Numbered from the stretch's first letter, positions 1-9,401 are shown. The stretch: DNA of 32,000 nucleotides from Pradoshia eiseniae (GCF_002946355.1 NZ_PKOZ01000009.1:61190-93189); one strand, 5' to 3'. The notes: generated by a model from the letters alone, not told the origin. Numbers and translations: made by a program.

Positions 1-36
1 ATTATGGGCCAAATATGCTGGAAAGTTTATCTCCAT

Positions 37-63
37 TGTCGATTTTGATGTTCCTTATTCGTT
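37..63 (+). promoter_or_regulatory. Candidate ECF-type promoter, TGTCGA-N17-CGTT, upstream of the DGPF/YCII gene
   Basis: TGTCGA at 37-42 and CGTT at 60-63 are separated by a 17 nt spacer, about 68 nt upstream of the ATG at 132. ECF sigma promoters typically have a CGT-containing -10, and ECF42-type sigmas are reported to target adjacent DGPF genes. The motif assignment is from memory and is not verified. Confidence 0.3.
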
Positions 64-131
64 GTATTTATACAGAGGCCGAGTACGAATGGTCTTTAAA
101 AAAATCTGACTTAATATTAGGAGGAAAATTT

Positions 132-548
132 ATGCTATTTATGCTGATTGTCAAAGCCTCACGCAATTCAGAAGGTGGAAATCTCCCAAGTTCTGAGCTC
201 AATGAAGCCATGAGTAAGTTCAATGAGGAATTAGTTAAGGCTGGTGTACGGGTTGCAGCTAAGGGACTTTATCCAAGTTCAAATGGGATTCGCATCTCGT
301 TTCCGAAACCAGGGGAAAAGCCAGTCGTTACAGATGGCCCCTTTACGGAAACGAAAGAATTGATTGCTGGATTCATTTTGATTGATGTGAAATCGAGGGA
401 GGAAGCTATCGAATGGGCTATGCGCATGCCGGACCCACAGGGATATGGAGAAGGTCAGATTGAGCTGCGTCAAGTAATTGAGGACCCGGTTTTATTTGCA
501 AAAGAATCAGCTAAATTGCGCGAGAAAGCAAAGAAAGAGATACGATAG
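132..548 (+). CDS. YCII-related / DGPF-domain protein
   Basis: The protein contains the DGPFTETKELIAGF motif typical of the YCII/DGPF family. AGGAGG at 119-124 sits 7 nt before the ATG at 132, whereas the upstream ORF extension from 15 has no RBS. Confidence 0.8.
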   Translation: MLFMLIVKASRNSEGGNLPSSELNEAMSKFNEELVKAGVRVAAKGLYPSSNGIRISFPKPGEKPVVTDGPFTETKELIAGFILIDVKSREEAIEWAMRMPDPQGYGEGQIELRQVIEDPVLFAKESAKLREKAKKEIR

Positions 549-1789
549 TGACAAGGTATGAAACCCATCGTACTATTGAAGGAATCTGGATCGTCGAATC
601 GGCAAAAATCATAGCGAGGGTTGCCCGGATTGTTCAAGACATCGGTATTGCAGAGGATTTGTCGCAAGAGGCGTTGGTCATTGCGCTTGAAAAATGGCCG
701 GTGTCAGGTATACCGGAAAAACCGGGAGCTTGGCTCATGACAGTTGCCAAAAGACGAGCAATTGATTTTCTGAGGAGAAATCAATTACGTGATCAAAAAT
801 ATGAGGAAATCAGTCGCAACATGAAATTCAATATAGATTCGGAGTATGATTTCGTTGACGAGGAAATCAATGACGATCTTCTGCGACTCATCTTCACCAC
901 TTGTCATCCGGCGCTTTCCAGGGAAGCTCGGGTCGCTCTAACGCTTAAACTGCTTTGCGGATTAAAGACAGATGAAATAGCGGAAGCTTATCTTACATCG
1001 GAATCAACCATTGCGCAACGAATCGTCAGAGCAAAGCGTACACTTTCTGCTTCAAACGTAACTTTTGAAGTTCCATGTGGACTTGAACTTTCACATCGAT
1101 TGTCAACAGTTCTTGAAGTGATTTATCTCATGTTTAATGAAGGGTATGTTCCAAGTAGCGGGCAGAACTGGATTCGTCCAACGCTGTGCAATGAAGCCAT
1201 TCGCCTTGGACGGATTCTGGCGGAACTTCTGCCTGAGGAACCGGAAGTACACGGCCTAATTGCTCTCATGGAAATACAGGCATCACGTTTCAAAGCACGC
1301 ATTGATTCATCGGGAGAGCCGATATTGCTTCAGGATCAGAATCGTGCTCTTTGGGATAATCTTTTGATTCACCGCGGCTTTTCGGCGCTTAAACGGATTG
1401 AGCAAATCGGCGGTCCTTATGGTCCGTATTCACTGCAAGCATCTATTGCTGCTTGTCACGCCAAGGCACCAACGGCAGCAGATACGGATTGGCAAGAAAT
1501 ATCAGCACTATATGATGTCCTTTCCCAGGTGTCACCATCTCCCATCGTGGAATTGAACCGTGCTGTTGCTTATTCCATGGCTTATGGGCCGGCCGCCGGG
1601 TTAAAGATTGTGGATATATTGAAAGATGAACCAGCCTTGAAAAAGTATCACTTGTTGCCGGCGGTTCGAGGCGACTTGCTCGCTAAGCTGAAGAGACATG
1701 AGGAAGCGAGTGCTGAATTCAGGCGTGCAGCATCACTTACAGAGAATGAACAAGAGCGTGCCCTTCTTCTAAAACGATCAACTAATTGA
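548..1789 (+). CDS. ECF-type sigma-70 factor with long C-terminal extension (ECF42-like, DUF6596-type)
   Basis: A region 2-like segment (AEDLSQEALVIALEKWP...AWLMTVAKRRAIDFLRR) and a region 4 HTH (LKTDEIAEAYLTSESTIAQRIVRAKRTL) are followed by about 230 aa of helical/TPR-like extension. The GTG start overlaps the stop of the DGPF gene (TAGTG), which suggests translational coupling. Confidence 0.8.
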   Translation: MTRYETHRTIEGIWIVESAKIIARVARIVQDIGIAEDLSQEALVIALEKWPVSGIPEKPGAWLMTVAKRRAIDFLRRNQLRDQKYEEISRNMKFNIDSEYDFVDEEINDDLLRLIFTTCHPALSREARVALTLKLLCGLKTDEIAEAYLTSESTIAQRIVRAKRTLSASNVTFEVPCGLELSHRLSTVLEVIYLMFNEGYVPSSGQNWIRPTLCNEAIRLGRILAELLPEEPEVHGLIALMEIQASRFKARIDSSGEPILLQDQNRALWDNLLIHRGFSALKRIEQIGGPYGPYSLQASIAACHAKAPTAADTDWQEISALYDVLSQVSPSPIVELNRAVAYSMAYGPAAGLKIVDILKDEPALKKYHLLPAVRGDLLAKLKRHEEASAEFRRAASLTENEQERALLLKRSTN

Positions 1790-1818
1790 ATTTAAGTCGC
1801 ACTATTTATGCTCTATAG

Positions 1819-1868
1819 AAAGCCTAATTTCTTTACAATTAATTGTAGTTGCGAAATTAGGCTTTTTA
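1819..1868 (+). terminator. Rho-independent terminator of the DGPF-sigma operon
   Basis: A 13 bp stem (AAAGCCTAATTTC / GAAATTAGGCTTT) is followed by a T-run at 1863-1867. Confidence 0.75.
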
Positions 1869-1937
1869 GTAGTGGCTTATGCTTAAGGTTGTAACCGCAA
1901 GCATCTAACCTCCAAAAAGGTTAATAGGCAATTTTCA

Positions 1938-1970
1938 AGAGATCCTGATTTCTTTCAGGTTCTCTTTTTT
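1938..1970 (+). terminator. Second (orphan) rho-independent terminator
   Basis: An 11 bp stem with one mismatch (AGAGATCCTGA / TCAGGTTCTCT) and a 6 nt loop is followed by TTTTTT at 1965-1970. There is no ORF between it and the previous terminator. Confidence 0.6.
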
Positions 1971-2176
1971 AATGAGTCGTGACCTTAAAAACAAAACTCC
2001 TAAGGAAAGCAAGGTGGTTTCGCTGTGATGTGCTTTTTGGAGGTCATTAATGATCTTAGCTGACTCAAGGAACTACACAAAATGAATTCATTATCCGAGA
2101 AGGTTCTTTGTAATGGGGAATCTTTTTAATTCAGTGGAATACAACTTGAGCCACAAGTTTAATTAAATGGAAAAGA

Positions 2177-2217
2177 TTGCATATTTAAATCAATTGTATA
2201 TAATGTATATATACAAT
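2177..2217 (+). promoter_or_regulatory. SigA-type promoter with overlapping 10 bp-arm inverted repeat (probable GntR/YtrA operator)
   Basis: TTGCAT (2177-2182), a 16 nt spacer and TATAAT (2199-2204). The inverted repeat ATTGTATATA (2193-2202) / TATATACAAT (2208-2217) spans the -10, directly upstream of the GntR gene. Confidence 0.6.
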
Positions 2218-2237
2218 ATTGTAAATGAGGTCATTGA

Positions 2238-2615
2238 ATGCGCATCATCATCTCAAATCAATCGAGAGAACCGATTTATGAACAGATCGCTGCTCAAATA
2301 AAGAAACAAGTTTTGACTAATGAGCTTCCAGCAGGGGAACCGCTGCCTTCTATGCGACAGCTGGCAAAAGACTTAGGCGTAAGCGTCATCACGACAAAAA
2401 GGGCTTATGAAGAACTGGAGAAACGAGGCTACATCTATTCAGTCGTCGGAAAAGGCTCCTTTGTATCTGAGCAAAATAAAGAAATGATTCTTGAACGGAA
2501 AATGACTGTGATTGAAGAGCAGTTAAGGGCAGCCATTCAAAACAGCAAAGAAATTGGAATCAGTTTATCTGAATTAGAGGAGCTACTAAGAATGTTATAT
2601 GAGGGGGAGGCATAA
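2238..2615 (+). CDS. GntR family transcriptional regulator, YtrA subfamily (short C-terminal domain)
   Basis: The N-terminal wHTH (LPSMRQLAKDLGVSVITTKRAYEELEKRGYIYSVVGKGSFV), the 125 aa length and the position ahead of ABC genes are typical of YtrA-like regulators. Confidence 0.85.
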   Translation: MRIIISNQSREPIYEQIAAQIKKQVLTNELPAGEPLPSMRQLAKDLGVSVITTKRAYEELEKRGYIYSVVGKGSFVSEQNKEMILERKMTVIEEQLRAAIQNSKEIGISLSELEELLRMLYEGEA

Positions 2616-3497
2616 TTGAAAAACGTAATTGAGCTGAAGCAGGTAAATAAGGCGTTTAATGGGTTTCAATTAAAAGACGTAACAATATCGGTTAAAAAGG
2701 GCTACGTGACAGGTTTTATTGGTGGTAATGGAGTTGGAAAGTCAACAACGATTAAGCTGATCATGAACTTATTGCAGCCAGATAGCGGGACGGTGTCGCT
2801 TTTTGGGCTGGATTACAAAAAACATGAAAAGGAGATTAAGCAGAGAATCGGATTTGTGTTCGACCAGAACATATTTTATGAGCATCTTACTTTATTAGAA
2901 ATGAAGAGCCTGCTTAAATCTGCCTATGCCAGCTGGGATGATTCCTTGTTTAATCACTATGCAGATATGTTTGAATTGCCTTTGAGGAAGCGGTTAAAGA
3001 CTTTTTCTAAAGGAATGATGATGAAAGCTTCCCTGACATTCGCTCTATCACACCATGCTGAGTTAATCATCATGGATGAGCCAACTTCTGGTCTTGACCC
3101 AATATTCCGCCGTGAACTGCTGGATCTACTTCATGACATCATGCAAGATGGAAACAGGACGATCTTTTTTTCTACCCATATCACGACAGACTTAGAGCGG
3201 ATTGCCGATTACATCACCTTCATGCATGATGGGCAGCATGTCTTTACGAAAGAGTTTTACAAAATTGAAGAGGAATATGCGATTGTAAAAGGTACTTTAG
3301 ACTTGCTGGACCGTGATACGGAGAAAGAGTTTATCGGTATACAGAAGTCCAGGCATGGATTTGAAGCATTAGCCTCTCAAAAAAATCGCATCGAAACCTT
3401 ATTTGGTGATACGGTTTTGGTGGAGAAACCGACCCTAGAGGATATAATGCTATATACAAAGAAGGGGAGTAGAACTCATGCTGAGATTAGTTTATAA
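2616..3497 (+). CDS. ABC transporter ATP-binding protein
   Basis: Walker A is GGNGVGKST, the signature-like motif is FSKGMMMK, and Walker B is IIMDEPTSGLD. The TTG start immediately follows the GntR stop. Confidence 0.85.
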   Translation: MKNVIELKQVNKAFNGFQLKDVTISVKKGYVTGFIGGNGVGKSTTIKLIMNLLQPDSGTVSLFGLDYKKHEKEIKQRIGFVFDQNIFYEHLTLLEMKSLLKSAYASWDDSLFNHYADMFELPLRKRLKTFSKGMMMKASLTFALSHHAELIIMDEPTSGLDPIFRRELLDLLHDIMQDGNRTIFFSTHITTDLERIADYITFMHDGQHVFTKEFYKIEEEYAIVKGTLDLLDRDTEKEFIGIQKSRHGFEALASQKNRIETLFGDTVLVEKPTLEDIMLYTKKGSRTHAEISL

Positions 3498-4086
3498 AGA
3501 TATTCGCCTGCAGCGAAATACGATGCTGATTATGCTGCCATTCTTGTTCCTTTTTTTATATGAAGAAACTTCCATTATCTATGTCAGTATTTTATTTTGT
3601 ATAGCCCTTATCATGAATGCCTTTGCCGTCGACGAAAAAGCGTCAATTAATTTACTGCTGAATTCCCTTCCATATACCCGAAAAGAAATTGTTATATCCA
3701 AATACATCAGTGCATGCTTGTTTACGGCTATTGTCCTGATGACGATTATGATGGGCAGTTGGATAATCCATGGAGAAAGCATTCCATTGATTCAATTAGT
3801 GCTGATATCGTCATTTGTTGTGATTTTTATTGCTGCAGCCTTTCCTTTATCATATCTGCTAAACAGTCAATATCTATTAATTGCAGGTATTATAACATTC
3901 GTAGTCTATCTGTTCATTGCTAATATGTTTATCCCAGATTTAAATGACCGGATAAGGAACTTGACGCAATCTATCCTTTCCTATGATCATACACAATTAT
4001 ATATATACGTATTATTGGTATCCGGAATTCTCTCTATTCTATCTTTCTTGATTTCTATGCGCATATATAGCAGGAAAGTGTTTTAA
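3478..4086 (+). CDS. ABC-2 type transporter permease (multi-pass membrane protein)
   Basis: The hydrophobic 202 aa protein has about 6 predicted TM segments. It overlaps the ATPase gene by 20 nt, and AAGGGGA lies upstream of the ATG. Confidence 0.7.
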   Translation: MLRLVYKDIRLQRNTMLIMLPFLFLFLYEETSIIYVSILFCIALIMNAFAVDEKASINLLLNSLPYTRKEIVISKYISACLFTAIVLMTIMMGSWIIHGESIPLIQLVLISSFVVIFIAAAFPLSYLLNSQYLLIAGIITFVVYLFIANMFIPDLNDRIRNLTQSILSYDHTQLYIYVLLVSGILSILSFLISMRIYSRKVF

Positions 4087-4128
4087 TTAGTTTAAGAGGT
4101 GTGCTTGTAGAAAAGAGGGGGATAAACA

Positions 4129-4437
4129 TTGAATTATCTATATAGCGAAAAAGAGAGAAACCAAGTCATAACGAATTTTATGAAGGACGGGAGAGTCATC
4201 CACATCCCTTCCAAGGAGAAGAAAAAATACATATTACTGCATGATTTCATCAAGGGATTGGATGAAGAGAGAATGTATACGGAGCATGAAATTAATGCTG
4301 AACTGCTAAAGAGATATTCGGTCAGTGATTATGTCGAGCAAAGGCGATATTTGATAACGTTCGGACTGATGAAAAGAACTGCAAATGGGACACAATATTG
4401 GCTAAACCCAGCTAATCATCAAAATCATCAGGAATAG
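4129..4437 (+). CDS. DUF2087 domain-containing protein
   Basis: The sequence pattern (KDGRVIHIPSKEKKKYILL...YTEHEINAELLKRY...VEQRRYLITFGLM) resembles DUF2087. An AGAGGGGGA RBS lies 6 nt before the TTG start. Confidence 0.6.
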   Translation: MNYLYSEKERNQVITNFMKDGRVIHIPSKEKKKYILLHDFIKGLDEERMYTEHEINAELLKRYSVSDYVEQRRYLITFGLMKRTANGTQYWLNPANHQNHQE

Positions 4438-4461
4438 ACATCCTGATTATACACTCCTGTT

Positions 4462-4495
4462 AAAGATCATCTTACCAGATGGTCTTTTTATTTTG
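4462..4495 (+). terminator. Rho-independent terminator
   Basis: The stem AAAGATCATC / GATGGTCTTT (one G-U pair) is followed by TTTTTATTTT. Confidence 0.65.
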
Positions 4496-4633
4496 CCGGT
4501 ATTGAATAGGCTGCATAGAGAACGACAATAACAAATGGCAAGATAAAATCATACTGGTTATAATATAGTAAAAAAATAGTATCATGAACTCATGTTTATA
4601 CAATCATGTATAAGATTCAGAAAGGAAATCATT

Positions 4634-5701
4634 ATGAACAATGGACCATCTATAGAATCATACAAAGATAAAGTAGTCGGGTATTATGGAGGGAAATTCC
4701 TGCCTTTTCATATTGGTCATTTGAATTGCATTATTGAAGCTGCCTCCATGGTGGATGTGCTGTTTGTGGTTGTTTCATATGATGACGTCTATGATCAATC
4801 CTTATGTGAAGGGACAAAGTTTAAGTGGGTACCTAGCAGCACAAGGGAGAGATGGGTTACTGAAGCCGTGAGCGGATTAAGGAATATTAGGGTGCTGACA
4901 AAGTATGAACCGCGCATGGATGATTACTTGAATAATGATGAAATTCGAAAGGCTAATGAACGATTACTGGCTGCTATTGGTGGGAGAGTCGACTATGTAT
5001 TCAGCAGTGAAGAACACTATGATGATTATTTCGAATGCTACTATCCTTCCTCAAAGCATATTGTCATTGATCCAAAACGAGCGTATATAGATATATCGGC
5101 AACCGAGATAAGAGAAAAAGGGATTTATGATTCCTGGGAGTACTTACCTAAGTCCATTAAGAAAGACTACACGAAAAGGGTTTGCCTATGCGGAATTGAA
5201 TCCGTAGGGAAATCGTTCCTGACAAAGCAGCTTGCAGTGTTATACAACACTCAATATGTAAATGAATATGGACGAGACTTTTACGAGGAGATAGGCGGTT
5301 GTTTTGATATCGTCAGGCAGTCAGATTTTCTCAAGATTGCTATGGGGCACAATTATCTGATTGAAGAGAAAGTAAAAGGGTCAGATAAGGTTTTATTCAT
5401 TGACACAGATAATATTTATACACAGTTCTTTTATCTGCAGATGTTTGGCGAAGAAAACCAAACGATTTCCTCTATCATAAATAGCGGAGTAGACGAGATT
5501 GACTTATACATCTATATAGAGCCATCCTTACCGCATGAGCTGGATGGCTTTAGGCAAGTTAAAACATTAGACGATAAAGAGCGGGAAAATCAACTGCTGA
5601 AGGATCTATATAGGAAATACAATAAAGATATAAAAATCGTTAAGTCAATCAAAGACATAAAAGAGATTAAAGGTTTGATTGATGATTTGTTCAACACATA
5701 A
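4634..5701 (+). CDS. nadR: NadR-like bifunctional NMN adenylyltransferase / ribosylnicotinamide kinase (no N-terminal HTH)
   Basis: The nucleotidyltransferase motif GGKFLPFHIGHL is followed by the P-loop GIESVGKS in the C-terminal half. An AAAGGA RBS precedes the ATG at 4634, and the 14-codon upstream extension has no RBS. Confidence 0.7.
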   Translation: MNNGPSIESYKDKVVGYYGGKFLPFHIGHLNCIIEAASMVDVLFVVVSYDDVYDQSLCEGTKFKWVPSSTRERWVTEAVSGLRNIRVLTKYEPRMDDYLNNDEIRKANERLLAAIGGRVDYVFSSEEHYDDYFECYYPSSKHIVIDPKRAYIDISATEIREKGIYDSWEYLPKSIKKDYTKRVCLCGIESVGKSFLTKQLAVLYNTQYVNEYGRDFYEEIGGCFDIVRQSDFLKIAMGHNYLIEEKVKGSDKVLFIDTDNIYTQFFYLQMFGEENQTISSIINSGVDEIDLYIYIEPSLPHELDGFRQVKTLDDKERENQLLKDLYRKYNKDIKIVKSIKDIKEIKGLIDDLFNT

Positions 5702-5711
5702 GACTAATGAT

Positions 5712-5738
5712 GGCATCCAAAAAAGGATGCCTTTTTTC
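5712..5738 (+). terminator. Rho-independent terminator
   Basis: GGCATCC-AAAAAA-GGATGCC is followed by TTTTTT. Confidence 0.8.
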
Positions 5739-5885
5739 TTTTTGAAATCCTTATAAACCAATAAATACTCTAAATACGTTTATACTAATGACAGATGTGT
5801 ATGGAATAAAGAAAATAGATTGTATTTTTAAGCAGGTAAACATAGTTACGATAAATTAGCTGATTGATAAAGGAGTCGTTCATAA

Positions 5886-7937
5886 ATGAGTGAAAAAGCT
5901 AAGCCGAATAGACTGATTCATGAGAAATCACCCTATCTGCTTCAGCATGCCCATAATCCCGTTGACTGGTATCCATGGGGTGAAGAGGCATTTGAGAAGG
6001 CGAAGCGGGAGAATAAGCCTGTCTTTGTATCGATTGGGTATTCGACTTGTCATTGGTGCCATGTCATGGAAAGGGAAAGCTTTGAAGACAAGGAGATTGC
6101 TGCTCTATTGAATGAGCGGTTCGTGTCTATTAAGGTCGATCGGGAGGAGCGGCCAGACATTGATTCGATTTACATGAGTGTATGTCAGGTAATGACTGGT
6201 CAGGGTGGTTGGCCGCTCAATGTGTTTCTGACACCTGAGCAGGTTCCTTTCTATGCGGGAACGTACTTCCCTAAGCATAGCCGCTATGGTCTCCCTGGAA
6301 TGAAGGATGTTGTGCTTCAGCTTTATGATGTGTATTTGAACGATCCGGAGAAAATTGCGCATACAGGTGAGCGGCTTAGTCAGGCGCTCCAATCTCCCCC
6401 AGCAGACCAAGAGGCTTTGACGCTTGTCACGATAGATGCGGCTGTCAAACAATTTAAGAGCATGTTTGATGAACAGTATGGCGGTTTTGGAGCGGCGCCA
6501 AAATTCCCTACCCCGCATAATCTGATGTTTCTTCTCCGTTATTATCATTTCAGTAAGGATGAGAGGGCCCTTCAGATGGTCGAGAAGACATTGGACGGTT
6601 TGCGGCGCGGCGGCATTTATGATCATGTCGGGTTTGGTTTTTCACGGTATTCAACAGATGAGCTATACCTCGTCCCTCATTTCGAGAAGATGCTGTACGA
6701 TAATGCCATGCTGCTTATGGCTTATACAGAGGCTTATCAGGTGACAAAGGATGAGTCGTATAAGGAAACGGCCGAACAAATCATCACATATGTTTTAAGG
6801 GATATGCGTCACCCAGACGGCGGGTTTTATTCTGCAGAGGATGCGGATTCTGAAGGAATAGAAGGGAAGTTCTATGTGTGGGATTACGAGGACGTGCTTG
6901 ATATTCTAGGGGAAGAGCTAGGTGACCTCTATTGCGCGGTTTATGATATAACGCCTGAAGGAAATTTTGAAGGGGCGTCCATCCCTAATCTCATTCGTGA
7001 ACCGATTGACTCCTTTGCCAAGCATAATGACTTGAATGCGGATGATGTTAAAAGAGACCTTGAACAAGCGAGGCAAAAGCTGTTTGCTGTCAGGGAGGAA
7101 CGGGTTCATCCGCATAAGGATGACAAAATCCTGACGGCATGGAATGGCCTTATGATAGCAGGACTCGCCAAGGCAGGACGAGCGTTTAACAACCAAGATG
7201 CCATTGAGGCAGCAAAGGATGCCATTCATTTTATTGAGAAGCAATTAATCATCAATAATCGTGTCATGGTTCGCTACCGGGAAGGAGAGGTTAAGCAGGA
7301 GGGCTTCATAGATGATTATGCCTACCTTGCTTGGGGGTATTTAGAGTTATACGAAGCAACCGTGGACCCCACGTACCTCGAGCGGGCAAAGAATCTTGCG
7401 GCTGATATGATCGACCTTTTTTGGGATGATGAGCAAGGCGGATTTTATTTCTATGGGACGGATAATGAAGAGCTTCTCATACGGCCTAAGGAGTATTATG
7501 ATGGTGCCCTCCCTTCTGGCAATAGCGTAGCTGCCCTGCAGCTTGTGAGACTTGCGCGGCTAACGGGTGACTATAAGCATGAAGAGAAGGTTGAAGATCT
7601 ATTCAAGGTGAGCGGGGCAGAGGCAAGCCATTATCCGATGGGACATACGTATATGCTGATGGCTTATTTAACGACCCAGATGAAGATGAAGGAAGCAATC
7701 GTGTTTGGCAAGGACTATAAAGAAGACCCTTTCCTAGCTTACCTGCAGCAAGCGTTTCATCCAGAAGTGACCTATTTGGCTGGGGCAGATGCCTCTGAAC
7801 TGTTGAAAGTAGCTCCTTTCACGGAGGATTATCGTGTAATCGGCAATCAGACCTATTATATATGCGAAAACTTTGTTTGCCATGCACCAGAGACAGACCC
7901 AGAAAAAGCGATTGAGCAATTAACAAGTGGCCGGTAA
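5886..7937 (+). CDS. yyaL: Thioredoxin-domain protein YyaL (DUF255 plus alpha/alpha-barrel, SSP411-like)
   Basis: The N-terminus ([54 protein letters not shown]) closely matches what I recall of the YyaL/DUF255 family, and the 683 aa length fits. Confidence 0.85.
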   Translation: MSEKAKPNRLIHEKSPYLLQHAHNPVDWYPWGEEAFEKAKRENKPVFVSIGYSTCHWCHVMERESFEDKEIAALLNERFVSIKVDREERPDIDSIYMSVCQVMTGQGGWPLNVFLTPEQVPFYAGTYFPKHSRYGLPGMKDVVLQLYDVYLNDPEKIAHTGERLSQALQSPPADQEALTLVTIDAAVKQFKSMFDEQYGGFGAAPKFPTPHNLMFLLRYYHFSKDERALQMVEKTLDGLRRGGIYDHVGFGFSRYSTDELYLVPHFEKMLYDNAMLLMAYTEAYQVTKDESYKETAEQIITYVLRDMRHPDGGFYSAEDADSEGIEGKFYVWDYEDVLDILGEELGDLYCAVYDITPEGNFEGASIPNLIREPIDSFAKHNDLNADDVKRDLEQARQKLFAVREERVHPHKDDKILTAWNGLMIAGLAKAGRAFNNQDAIEAAKDAIHFIEKQLIINNRVMVRYREGEVKQEGFIDDYAYLAWGYLELYEATVDPTYLERAKNLAADMIDLFWDDEQGGFYFYGTDNEELLIRPKEYYDGALPSGNSVAALQLVRLARLTGDYKHEEKVEDLFKVSGAEASHYPMGHTYMLMAYLTTQMKMKEAIVFGKDYKEDPFLAYLQQAFHPEVTYLAGADASELLKVAPFTEDYRVIGNQTYYICENFVCHAPETDPEKAIEQLTSGR

Positions 7938-7955
7938 TAATACCGGCTTTTTTTG
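7929..7955 (+). terminator. Rho-independent terminator overlapping the yyaL stop
   Basis: GCCGGTA-ATAA-TACCGGC is followed by TTTTTTT. Confidence 0.8.
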
Positions 7956-8027
7956 TTTGTAAACATCTTGAAATAATTATAATATTTTGTCACAATTTAG
8001 ATAGGACATAATCTGAGGATGATAACG

Positions 8028-8576
8028 ATGAAAAAACCGTTACTATGGATCTTTGCATCACTAGCATTAGGAGCAGCCCTATTTCTTGGCGTTATTTGGA
8101 TTATGGCCTCATTAGATGAGGGAGGCAAAGAGCAAGAGGCTTCCGCAACTGACCGTCATTCAACAAATGAGTCAACGAAAAATGGAAGACAAGAACAGAC
8201 TGGTTTTATTGGAGGAATCGAGCAGACCATTGAAAATGATTCAATTAAGAAGCTTGATGATGCACTAGAAACTCTACATAAAATGACCCATCAAAAAGTT
8301 ACCGCAGAAGATAAATGGGGAGCCATTCCGATGACGGAGGCGAATGTCCGCGCAGCGAAGGAGCAAATCTCCCAATTGAATATTCAGGATAAAAGCGATT
8401 TGCTACAAATACTCGCTAAATGGGAAAGGGAAGACTTCTCCCAAATAGACCATGACCATAATTATTTCTGGAAAAAGCAAGGCGGCACCATTGGGAAAGC
8501 CTATGGCATTATGACAGAAGAACAAGAAAAAGAATTTATTGAGAATAATTTCGGTAAATTTTCTAAAAAGGAATAA
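8028..8576 (+). CDS. Hypothetical membrane-anchored protein
   Basis: It has an N-terminal TM helix (LLWIFASLALGAALFLGVIWIMA) and a charged extracytoplasmic domain. A GAGGA RBS lies 8 nt before the ATG at 8028. I do not recognise the family with confidence. Confidence 0.55.
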   Translation: MKKPLLWIFASLALGAALFLGVIWIMASLDEGGKEQEASATDRHSTNESTKNGRQEQTGFIGGIEQTIENDSIKKLDDALETLHKMTHQKVTAEDKWGAIPMTEANVRAAKEQISQLNIQDKSDLLQILAKWEREDFSQIDHDHNYFWKKQGGTIGKAYGIMTEEQEKEFIENNFGKFSKKE

Positions 8577-8629
8577 TGTTTAAACTCCCTATTCTTAAGG
8601 AATCTAAAGAGGGAAGGGAGAGAACTTAT

Positions 8630-9016
8630 ATGAAAAAGATTACTCGTTTGCTTTACAGTTTTATCTTGATAACAGCAGGAATTCTTCATTTTACGCGAAG
8701 GAAGAACTTTGTATTTATCATGCCAAAAATCATTCCATTTCGTTCATTCTTCGTTTTGTTTACTGGAATTTGCGAAATTCTAGCCGGAATTGCCCTCTTT
8801 TTTAACCTCTTTAAGAAGCTGGCAGGCACTCTTTTAACCATCTTCATGATTCTTATCTATCCCGTTAATATCTATATGGCTATAAAGAAAAAACCGCTTG
8901 GTCCAAACCAAAAAGCATACCCAGCAGCACTATGGCTTCGTCTTCCGCTGCAAATCCCATTGATCATTGGGGCATATCGGTGGAGTTTAGAAGAGAAGAA
9001 AAGTACAGAAAAATGA
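8630..9016 (+). CDS. DoxX-like small integral membrane protein
   Basis: There are four hydrophobic segments. The GGGAAGGGAGAG RBS favours the ATG at 8630 over the ORF-track start at 8576. Confidence 0.55.
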   Translation: MKKITRLLYSFILITAGILHFTRRKNFVFIMPKIIPFRSFFVLFTGICEILAGIALFFNLFKKLAGTLLTIFMILIYPVNIYMAIKKKPLGPNQKAYPAALWLRLPLQIPLIIGAYRWSLEEKKSTEK

Positions 9017-9112
9017 TACTACATATATAATAACTTTTTCATAGACAGCATCCCTATGATTCTGCTAAAATGGGTCAAGCCCGATATAGTGGGATAAAGG
9101 AGGATATAGCTG

Positions 9113-9301
9113 TTGTCGAAGCTATCTAAGAAAACGAAAGTAGCTCTTTTGGGAGCGGGATTGTATGTTATTATACCATTAGATTTGATTCCAGATTTTA
9201 TTGTTGGATTTGGCCAGGTAGATGATCTTGGAGTAGCAACATACTTGCTCAAATGCTTATACGCAGATTTGAAAAAATCAAAAAAAGCGAGAATTCTATA
9301 A
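9113..9301 (+). CDS. DUF1232 (YkvA-like) small membrane protein
   Basis: The core motif IPLDLIPDFIVGFGQVDDLGV is typical of DUF1232. An AAGGAGG RBS lies 9 nt before the TTG start. Confidence 0.65.
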   Translation: MSKLSKKTKVALLGAGLYVIIPLDLIPDFIVGFGQVDDLGVATYLLKCLYADLKKSKKARIL

Positions 9302-9316
9302 ATGATGTATCCGAGA

Positions 9317-9345
9317 CCAGGCTCATAATAAGCCTGGATTTTTTC
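9317..9345 (+). terminator. Rho-independent terminator
   Basis: CCAGGCT-cataata-AGCCTGG is followed by a TTTTTT run. Confidence 0.75.
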
Positions 9346-9376
9346 TGTGCTTTTACATCGATTAACGATATAAAAT

Positions 9377-9401
9377 AACTATGTTCCAAATCTTCATGGT
9401 G
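9377..9401 (+). repeat. Palindromic intergenic motif, copy 1 (AACTATGTTCCAAATCTTCATGGTG)
   Basis: Its 21 nt core is identical to copy 2. It is intergenic, upstream of the wHTH regulator gene. Confidence 0.85.

Noticed and set aside
15-131. N-terminal extension of the ORF 15..548
   Set aside because: The extension has no RBS and its sequence is unrelated to the YCII/DGPF family. The ATG at 132 has a perfect AGGAGG 7 nt upstream. The stretch more likely holds the promoter.
5920-7919. Several 60-173 aa ORFs within or antisense to yyaL (5920..6111, 6105..6626, 6559..6744, 6918..7244, 7734..7919)
   Set aside because: They lie entirely inside a confidently recognised 683 aa gene. They have no RBS and their low-complexity or odd composition is typical of out-of-frame translation.
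9019-9252. 77 aa ORF on the - strand overlapping the DUF1232 gene
   Set aside because: It is antisense to a gene with a strong RBS and a family motif. It has no RBS and no recognisable domain.
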